Shown here: positions 56,495 through 64,000 of the stretch, piece by piece
Layout: the number at the start of each line of letters is the position of its first letter
How positions within the stretch are numbered: the first letter of the stretch is position 1
Source: a virus
Reading direction: 5' to 3' (one strand)
Length of the DNA stretch: 64,000 nucleotides
IMG/VR virus record: IMGVR_UViG_3300011113_000784
Span: 32,001-96,000 of that record
The notes under the pieces: generated by a model
What the model was told of the DNA's origin: nothing
Seen by the model: the letters and a program-made list of their open reading frames with translations, nothing else
Databases searched by the model: none
Made by a program: the position numbers and the translations under genes

Positions 56495-59400
56495 CGCATA
56501 TTATATGGCAATGTGCCTTGGAATCCGCTTCTGATCATCATGGGGCTTGGCATTACAAAAAGTCCTCCACTCATGGCAACACCAATAGATTGTTGCATGT
56601 CTCCTGAAAGGAATGGTGCGCCCGAAGCTGCTCCTCCCATGAATCCGCTTCTGTTTACAATAAAACCACCTGATCCGACATAAAGTGGTTGTCCTTGAAA
56701 TCCTGATGCGACTTGACCTGAAACAGTTTGACCAACATATCCATAGTAGAAAACTCTGCCAGTCGTTCCACTTAGAATTGCACCACTTGTTACACCAATT
56801 GCGGGAAGTCTTAATCCGCTTGCTCTTTCTGCTCTACGAATGAGGTTACCAGAACCAATGCATACTGCTTTTATTCCAGAAATCAGTTCTCCTGCAAGGA
56901 AATAATCAAACATTGGTCTGTTTGTGTTTATTTGCGCTGTTTCTGCTAGGTTATAAGGGAATGCTGCATTTTGTCCACTAGCAGTTACCAATGTAATAGT
57001 ACCGGATGCTAATTTGCTGCTAGTAAGATAAGCTAATGAAGTATCACCAAGATGCACATTTCCAATTTGTCCGCTACCAATACTCACATATTGAATTACA
57101 TCTCCAAGAAATGCTGGGAAGTTGATGACACCGCTTCCAATATTGCCAGAAAGTATTGTGGCGTTTGCAAAATGAACTCTTGCAATTTCTCCTGATTGAA
57201 TGTTTCCACTCGCAATGCCTCGGTTTGAGAAGTTATTTGTGGTTCCATCGCTAAATACAACGCCTGAAACAATGTTTCCGCTTAATATTGAACCAGATGC
57301 TAAGTTAGTAAAACGAATTTTGTCTGCTGTTGTTGTTGTAATTTTTCCAGATATAATAATTGTGTTGTATGTGTATACAGGAGCAGTTCCTCCATCAACA
57401 CCATAACCAACATATCTAGATTGGCTTAAATTAGCAGTTGTTTGAGCGGCAGTGGTGTCTGTTGAATATGTTAATTTGTCTGCCAAAGAAACAATTCCAG
57501 TAGAAGGAAGTCCGCCAGCAAAATATCCTGCTATTGAAACATTAGAAACTCCAGCAGGTGCCCATCTTCCTTGGCTGAGATTTGCACTTGTTTGAGCAGC
57601 AGTTGTGTCAGTTGAAAATGTTATTTTATCTGCTGTTGCCAAGTAGCTTGTTGAACCATCGCCACCAGCAAAATAACCTTTTGTTATCCCTTCTGAAACG
57701 CCTGTTAAATAAACTCTTGTTTGACTAACATTTGCAGTTGTTTGGACAGCAGTTGTATCAGTTGAATATGTTAATTTGTCTGTCAAATCAGTGACGGCAT
57801 TATTACTAAATCCGCCAGCAAAATAACCTTTTGTGCCTTCTCCATTACATCCTGCTAAACCATATCTAGCAAGACTTAAATTTGCCGTTGTTTGAGCCAC
57901 GGTTGATTCATTAGAATATGTTATCTTATCAGCAATATTGCTAAAATTGTTACTATATCCACCAGCAAAATATCCTTTTGTTGTTCCTTCTGTAACTCCA
58001 GCCAAGCCCCATCTGTTTTGGCTTATGTTCGCACTTGTTTGAGAAAATGTTGTATCTGATAAGTATATTATTTTTTCTGTAGCGGCGGTATAATTTACAG
58101 CGGTAGTAAGACCGCCAGTAAAATATCCTTTTGTTCCTTCGCCAGAACATCCAGCTAAATAACCTCTTCCCAACCTTAGATTTGCGGTTGTTTGGGCAGT
58201 AGTTGTATCATTTGAATATGTAATTTTATCTGTTGTTGCAAAAAATAAGTTTCCATCTGAACCACCAGCAAAATAACCAGCTTTATCTGTAGATGAAATA
58301 TATGAAAAACAGTTTAAATTTATGGAGTTATTGTTAAACATGAATGCGGTTATACCGCCAGATACATATTGTGCTGTTGGAACAGTCCACAATCCGCTTG
58401 TTAAATTATCACTTGCTACACAGCCAAAGTTAAAACTTCCAGAAGATAAGGATGTATCTGCAAAATGACCGCTGTTTACTGCGGTTAATGCAATGCTAAA
58501 TTGATATATTTGTCCACTTGCAATAGCTCCACTTTCGACTCCGTTATTTCCTATAGCTGTATTTCCAATTATACCGCTTGCTATATCGCCACTTTGTATC
58601 GCATTGTTTGCAATCAAGTCATTAGAAATAATACTTGGCTCAAAGTTACCACTTAATACAGAGTTATTATCAGCGTATACAACAGAGCCAGATGCAAATT
58701 TTCCGCTTGCATTTATTGCACCAGAAGCAATGTCGAAATTATTGATTTCTCCGCTTGCTATATGCGGAGACACTATTCTACCACTTTGAATATCGCCACT
58801 ATTAACTGATTGGTTTGCAAAAGCAAAATTAAATAAAGCTCCTGATGACAATGCAGTTACAGATATACCACCACTATAAATAAGATCGCTATTAATGCTA
58901 TTATTAGCAAATGCTGCAACTGATCCGCTTGAAATAGAACCACTTATAACAGATGCTTCTCCTAATTCAAAACTGGTTACTGTTCCACTTTGAATGCTTC
59001 CTGAAACAACTGAATTATCAGCAAACATATCAGATGTAATTATACCAGATCCAAGCGTTCCTGAAACTAAATGAAAACGACTTATTTGACCGCTTGCGAT
59101 ACTACCACTTACTACTGAATTGTCACCAAATACATAAGAAAATTCTTGACCTGCTCCTACTAAATTATATCTTCCTTGGCTTAAATTAGCCGTTGTTTGT
59201 GCTGCAATTGTGTCATCTGAATAAGTTAATTTGTCTGTAGTTGTAGAAACAGTTGTTCCGTTATCCGTAGTGCCACCAGCAAAATATCCTTTGGTGGCTC
59301 CCTCAGTAACTGATCCAAGCACCCACGATCTTGGTTGACTTAAATTAAGAGTCGTTTGAGAAGATGTAGTATCTGTAGAGTAAATTATTTTATTTCTAAG

Positions 59401-62400
59401 TGACATAGCAGTGTTGTCAGAGGCTATTAAGTAACCTTTTGTTCCTTCACCAGAACATCCATATGGTCTTATTGCTGCCGTGGTCAAATTGGCAGTTGTT
59501 TGAGCAGCAGTTATGTCTGTCGAGTATGTCAGCTTGTCCGCTGTTACAACATATCCTGTTGTAGAATTTGTATTGCCACCAACAAAATAGCCTTTTGTAA
59601 ATCCTTCTGAAACTCCTATTAAAAATGATCTTGCTTGACTTAGATTTGCGCTTGTTTGAGCGGATGTTGTATCATTAGAATATGTTATCTTGTCAGTTGT
59701 CGCCAAAAATCCGCTAGTACCGCCTCCAAAAGTTGCACCTCCACCAAAATAGCCTTTTGATGAATATTGAGATATAGAAGCTAAATATGACCTTGCCTGA
59801 CTTAAATTTGCTGTTGTTTGAGCAGCACTTGTGTCTGAAAAATAAATTATTCTTTCTGTTGTAACAACTGGATTTCCACCACCAGCAAAATATCCTTTTG
59901 TTACTCCATTTCCAGAACATCCAGCTAATCCAGCCTTTGCCTGACTTAAATTTGCTGTTGTTTGAGCAGTAGTTGTTTCCGTTGAATATACTAATTTATC
60001 TGTTCTTGTTGTTACACCAGAGATAGCATCTGTTCTGCCACCAGCAAAATAACCTTTGCTTCCACCTCTAATTCCACGAAAAATATTAATTTGACCAATT
60101 ATATCGTTGATAATTATTGGTGCAATTTGTCCAGATCCAATATTTCCACTTGTTACTGCAACATCACCAATATTACCACTTTGAACAATTCCTGAAGGTA
60201 AATAATTAAAAGCAAAATGATATTGTCCTATTTCGTTACTTGATATATTCCCGCTATTGACGGAATTATTGCCAAAGTTACCACTTATAACTTGACCAGA
60301 TGAAATATCGTTATAACCAATTACTGAATATTGATTAACAGAAGCTAGTCCTCCTCTAGCTTGACTCAAGTTAGCGGTTGTGGATGCATTGGTTGTATCA
60401 TTTGAATAATTGATTTTGTCTGCATTAGGAGAAAATATAAATCCTGTAGATAATCCTCCTGCCACAAATCCCTTGCTTATGCCTTGAGAAACTCCAGTAC
60501 TTTGATATTGGTTGGTACTTAGATTTGCAGATGTTTGAGCAGAAACTACTTCTGTTGAATATATGATTTTATCTGCTGTTCCTAAAATATTGCCAGCTAA
60601 GTATCCACCTATGAAATAACCTTTTGTAGTTTCACCAGTAACACCAGATAAATATCCTCTATTTTGGCTAAGGTTAGCTACAGTTACACTAGAAGTAGTA
60701 TCATTAGAATATGTTATTCTATATACATCAGTTAGTTCATTGCCGCCACTATCATAACCACCAGCATAAAATCCTTTTGTGCTTCCGTTTGTAACTGCCG
60801 CCAATCCAAAAATGCCTATTGGTAAATCAGCGGTTGTTTGAGCCGCTGTTGTGTCATTAGAATATGTGATCTTATCAGAAGTAGTAAGTGCTGCACCTCC
60901 GCCAGTAAAATATCCTTTTGTTCCTTCGCCAGAACATCCGGCTAAATAACCTCTCGCTTGACTTAAATTAGATACAGTACTTGCAGAAGAAGTATCAGTT
61001 GCAAACAATAATTTATCGGCGTTTACTGTATCCCCACTAACTCCATCATAACCTCCAGCCAGATATCCTTTAGTTGTATTTTCAGACACACCAGCTAAAT
61101 TTATTCTTATTTGACTTAGATTTGCTGTTGTTTTTGCTATTGTTGTATCGTTTGAGAAATTTAGTTTATCTCCTGTTTGATATATGGCTAATGAATCACC
61201 ACCTGCAACAAAGTAACCTGCTCCATTGACACTTTGAGCAAAACATGTACTATTAATTTGTCCACTTGCTATGTTTCCTGAAACAATAGAATTATTACCA
61301 AAATTACCACTCTGAACTTGTCCAGAATTTAAAAATGTGCCAGAAGCAAAATGATTAATTCCTAATTGACCAGAAGAAATGTTACCAGAGCAAATGCTAT
61401 TTTGATCGAAAACATTTGTAAATTCTTGCCCAGCAGCAGCTAATCTTTCTATTGATCCAATAAGATTTGCACTTGTTTGAGCAGCAGTTGTGTCTGTTGT
61501 ATATGTCAATTTGTCTGCTGTTGATGTAGGTGAGCCTGTGTTTCCACCAGCAAAATAACCTTTTGTTGAACCTTGAGAAATTCCTGCTAAATAATTTCTA
61601 GCTTGGCTAAGATTAGCTGATGTTTGAGCAACATTTGTATCTGTTGAATATGTCAATTTGTCTGCCGTTGCAACAGAGCCACTAGTTTGTCCACCTGCAA
61701 AGTAACCTTTTGTTCCTTCGCCAGAGCATCCTGCTAAACTAAATCTCGCTTGGCTTAAATTTGCCGTTGTTTGAGCAGCAGTTGTGTCTGTTGAATATGT
61801 GATTTTATCTGCTGTAGAATATGAACTTGTACCAGTATCTGTAGTTCCTCCAGAGAAATAGCCTTTGTCTATTTCGTTTGAAATCCCAGCCAATGAGTTT
61901 CTAGCAAGACTTAAATTTGCTGTTGTTTGAGCAGCAGTTGTGTCTGTTGAATATGTGATTTTATCTGCTGTTGCAACAGGAACACTTGCTCCAGTTTTGC
62001 CTCCAGCAAAATAACCTTTTGTTTTTTCACCGGAACATCCAGCTAAGTAACTTCTTGCTTGACTAAGATTTGCGCTTGTTTGTGCATTAGTTGTTTCTGT
62101 CGAATATGTCAATTTATCTGCCGTTGCAACAAGAAGATTTGTGTCGCCGCCAGCAAAATATCCTTTCATATAACAATCTGAAACCGCTGCTAAACCAGAT
62201 CTCGCTTGGCTTAAATTTGCCGTTGTTTGAGCAGCAGTTGTGTCAGAAGAATAAATTATTTTATTGACAGCTACTAATAACTGTGAAAATATTTCATTAC
62301 CACCAGCAAAATAACCTTGATTACCGCCTCTTGTTGTCGTCAATATTCCAACATTAAAGTTATTTATGTGATATTGTCCAATTTGTCCAGAAGCTATATT

Positions 62401-62682
62401 GCCACTTGTTACTGCATTATTGCCAATAAATCCAGATGTTACCGATCCGCTGGTAATAGAAATGACACTGCCACCGCCACCAACACCACTTGCTAAATGA
62501 AAATTTCCTACTTGTCCCGATGGTATATTTCCGCTGAATACAACAGGAGTTCCTAATTGACCACTTGTAACTGCACCAGATGCACGAACAGATGCCCAAT
62601 ATGTTCCATTATAGATCCAACTTTGACTTAAATAGTCATATCGTTGACCGGATGATGGAGGAAATGGAAAGCTAATAGGCAT
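56491..62682 (-). CDS. giant tail-fibre/adhesin-like protein with four 6-repeat Kelch-like modules
   Basis: 2063 aa; 24 copies of GYFAGG...ADK.TYS.DTT.AQT.ANLSQ.R..LAG separated by SG.I.SG.I repeats. Confidence 0.8.
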   Translation of the reverse strand: MPISFPFPPSSGQRYDYLSQSWIYNGTYWASVRASGAVTSGQLGTPVVFSGNIPSGQVGNFHLASGVGGGGSVISITSGSVTSGFIGNNAVTSGNIASGQIGQYHINNFNVGILTTTRGGNQGYFAGGNEIFSQLLVAVNKIIYSSDTTAAQTTANLSQARSGLAAVSDCYMKGYFAGGDTNLLVATADKLTYSTETTNAQTSANLSQARSYLAGCSGEKTKGYFAGGKTGASVPVATADKITYSTDTTAAQTTANLSLARNSLAGISNEIDKGYFSGGTTDTGTSSYSTADKITYSTDTTAAQTTANLSQARFSLAGCSGEGTKGYFAGGQTSGSVATADKLTYSTDTNVAQTSANLSQARNYLAGISQGSTKGYFAGGNTGSPTSTADKLTYTTDTTAAQTSANLIGSIERLAAAGQEFTNVFDQNSICSGNISSGQLGINHFASGTFLNSGQVQSGNFGNNSIVSGNIASGQINSTCFAQSVNGAGYFVAGGDSLAIYQTGDKLNFSNDTTIAKTTANLSQIRINLAGVSENTTKGYLAGGYDGVSGDTVNADKLLFATDTSSASTVSNLSQARGYLAGCSGEGTKGYFTGGGAALTTSDKITYSNDTTAAQTTADLPIGIFGLAAVTNGSTKGFYAGGYDSGGNELTDVYRITYSNDTTSSVTVANLSQNRGYLSGVTGETTKGYFIGGYLAGNILGTADKIIYSTEVVSAQTSANLSTNQYQSTGVSQGISKGFVAGGLSTGFIFSPNADKINYSNDTTNASTTANLSQARGGLASVNQYSVIGYNDISSGQVISGNFGNNSVNSGNISSNEIGQYHFAFNYLPSGIVQSGNIGDVAVTSGNIGSGQIAPIIINDIIGQINIFRGIRGGSKGYFAGGRTDAISGVTTRTDKLVYSTETTTAQTTANLSQAKAGLAGCSGNGVTKGYFAGGGNPVVTTERIIYFSDTSAAQTTANLSQARSYLASISQYSSKGYFGGGATFGGGTSGFLATTDKITYSNDTTSAQTSANLSQARSFLIGVSEGFTKGYFVGGNTNSTTGYVVTADKLTYSTDITAAQTTANLTTAAIRPYGCSGEGTKGYLIASDNTAMSLRNKIIYSTDTTSSQTTLNLSQPRSWVLGSVTEGATKGYFAGGTTDNGTTVSTTTDKLTYSDDTIAAQTTANLSQGRYNLVGAGQEFSYVFGDNSVVSGSIASGQISRFHLVSGTLGSGIITSDMFADNSVVSGSIQSGTVTSFELGEASVISGSISSGSVAAFANNSINSDLIYSGGISVTALSSGALFNFAFANQSVNSGDIQSGRIVSPHIASGEINNFDIASGAINASGKFASGSVVYADNNSVLSGNFEPSIISNDLIANNAIQSGDIASGIIGNTAIGNNGVESGAIASGQIYQFSIALTAVNSGHFADTSLSSGSFNFGCVASDNLTSGLWTVPTAQYVSGGITAFMFNNNSINLNCFSYISSTDKAGYFAGGSDGNLFFATTDKITYSNDTTTAQTTANLRLGRGYLAGCSGEGTKGYFTGGLTTAVNYTAATEKIIYLSDTTFSQTSANISQNRWGLAGVTEGTTKGYFAGGYSNNFSNIADKITYSNESTVAQTTANLSLARYGLAGCNGEGTKGYFAGGFSNNAVTDLTDKLTYSTDTTAVQTTANVSQTRVYLTGVSEGITKGYFAGGDGSTSYLATADKITFSTDTTAAQTSANLSQGRWAPAGVSNVSIAGYFAGGLPSTGIVSLADKLTYSTDTTAAQTTANLSQSRYVGYGVDGGTAPVYTYNTIIISGKITTTTADKIRFTNLASGSILSGNIVSGVVFSDGTTNNFSNRGIASGNIQSGEIARVHFANATILSGNIGSGVINFPAFLGDVIQYVSIGSGQIGNVHLGDTSLAYLTSSKLASGTITLVTASGQNAAFPYNLAETAQINTNRPMFDYFLAGELISGIKAVCIGSGNLIRRAERASGLRLPAIGVTSGAILSGTTGRVFYYGYVGQTVSGQVASGFQGQPLYVGSGGFIVNRSGFMGGAASGAPFLSGDMQQSIGVAMSGGLFVMPSPMMIRSGFQGTLPYNMR
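57395..62321 (-). repeat. about 150-bp intragenic tandem repeats in four blocks of six
   Basis: recurring GCAAAATAACC/TATCC and GTTTGAGCAGCAGTTGTGTC; block limits are approximate. Confidence 0.85.
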
Positions 62683-62695
62683 AATTTACATCCAA

Positions 62696-64000
62696 TTAAA
62701 CATCATATGGTAAACTGTTTTGAAAACCACTTCTCATGACATAAAGATTTGGCATTACAAACATTCCACCACTTACTGAGACACCAATAATTTGTTGCAT
62801 GTCTCCAGAAAGGAAAGCAGCTTGTAAAGTGCCACCCTGAGTAAATCCACTCGTACTTACGACAATTCCACCAGAACCCACATAAAGAGAATTACCCTCA
62901 AATCCACTAGCTAACATGCCAGAAGCAGAATTGAATATTCTTCCATAAGAAACAACTGTGCAGGCAGTGCCGCTCAAAGCACCACTCATAGTTACACCAA
63001 TTGCGGGCAACCTAAGTCCACTAGCTCTTTCTGCTCGTAAAACAACACCACCAGAACCCATGCAAACAGCTTTAATACCAGAAATTAGTTCTCCAGCTAA
63101 AAATGATGTTGTTAGCAACCTATAAGCCTGTAATGCTATAGCAGTTGGTGCCAAATGTACCGTGTCAATTTGTCCTGATCCAATATTTGCAGCAATTATA
63201 GATGAACTTGCCAAATGGAATGTGCCAATTTGACCACTGCCAATTTGACTTGATGCCAAAGCACCAGATGATAAATGAATTGCTCCAATTATGCCGCTTG
63301 CTATGATTCCACTTACAAAAACTCCTGATGCCAAGTGAACACCAGCAACTTGACCTGATGCTATATTTCCACTTCTGACAGCGTTATTAGCTAGATGAAA
63401 TTGTCCAATTTGACCAGAGGCTATGGCACCGCTTGTGACGCTGCCTGAACCTAAATTTGTTGCAAAAATAACTCCAGAAGCGATGTTATTGTTAATTATT
63501 TGACCTGAAGCAATATTGAAGTTAAATACAGCACTATCACCAACCATGCCAGATTTTATATCACCTGACCTAATATTTGGAGTTGTAAATATACCACTTG
63601 CTAAATGGCTGCTAGCAATTTGTCCTGATGCAATGTTCCCGCTTACAATTGCACCACTACTAATTTTACCGCTTGTTATGCAACCTGATGCTAAATGGAA
63701 TTGACCGATTATGCCTGATGCTATATTGCCACTTCTAACAGCACCTGATGCCAGATGAAATTGACCTACTTGACCCGATCCTATTGCGCTACTTCTGATT
63801 CCACCGGCGGCAATATGTACTGTATCAATTTGACCACTTGCAATATTTCCGCTAGTTATTGCAAAATTACCTATTTTGCCACTTGTTACTGCACCAGAAA
63901 GAATGTGATAATTGGCAATTGCATTTTGATTTATATGATAGTTTTGAATAGATCCAGATGCTATATGTAATGATCCAATTTGTCCCGATGATATGTGGGC
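62696..64000 (-). CDS. repeat fibre protein (5' end outside the window), paralogous C-terminus to 56491-62682
   Basis: frame stays open from 63547 to the window end; SG.I.SGQI...H repeats; shared FLAGELISGIKAVC.GSG...RAERASGLRLPAIGV domain. Confidence 0.8.
   Translation of the reverse strand, partial: AHISSGQIGSLHIASGSIQNYHINQNAIANYHILSGAVTSGKIGNFAITSGNIASGQIDTVHIAAGGIRSSAIGSGQVGQFHLASGAVRSGNIASGIIGQFHLASGCITSGKISSGAIVSGNIASGQIASSHLASGIFTTPNIRSGDIKSGMVGDSAVFNFNIASGQIINNNIASGVIFATNLGSGSVTSGAIASGQIGQFHLANNAVRSGNIASGQVAGVHLASGVFVSGIIASGIIGAIHLSSGALASSQIGSGQIGTFHLASSSIIAANIGSGQIDTVHLAPTAIALQAYRLLTTSFLAGELISGIKAVCMGSGGVVLRAERASGLRLPAIGVTMSGALSGTACTVVSYGRIFNSASGMLASGFEGNSLYVGSGGIVVSTSGFTQGGTLQAAFLSGDMQQIIGVSVSGGMFVMPNLYVMRSGFQNSLPYDV

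Noticed and set aside
57395-62321. CRISPR array or DGR template/variable repeats
   Set aside because: The repeats are in-frame protein repeats. No cas or reverse transcriptase gene is in the window, and no adenine-specific mismatch pattern was evident by eye.
63762-63769. Second copy of TAGGTCAA on the - strand
   Set aside because: It lies within ordinary Val-Gly-Gln codons of the fibre repeat; an 8-mer match is expected by chance in 64 kb.

Overview
An AT-rich, gene-dense segment of a large (jumbo, T4-like/myovirus-type) bacteriophage genome. No CRISPR array, rRNA or IS element was seen. A Planctomycetota host is a tentative inference from gene style only. Replication and nucleotide genes: Ski2/Hel308-like helicase, dNMP kinase, ThyX, dUTPase, PhoH, and a DnaE polymerase split into two genes. 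Host-takeover genes: bS21, IF3, GroES, CsrA, a complete PrkA/YeaG-YeaH-SpoVR operon, a PduO-type cobalamin adenosyltransferase and an atypical tRNA-Lys(UUU). There is also a large glycan-modification kit (HldE, GT2/GT4/GT9-like transferases, a triple methyltransferase), about ten small proteins with a T4-like capsid-targeting motif, a WCT-motif mini-intein in a DUF5872-like protein, and giant repeat fibre proteins at the right end. The strongest signal is in dnaE. The PHP motif HLHLH|TEYSxLDG is interrupted at the codon boundary by 8 extra nt that begin with a stop (CAC TAG GTC AA ACA). The conserved downstream segment has no start codon of its own, which points to programmed ribosomal bypassing or another recoding event. 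The same polymerase is also split through its palm into two intein-free genes. All functional calls come from motif recognition by eye; no database searches were run.
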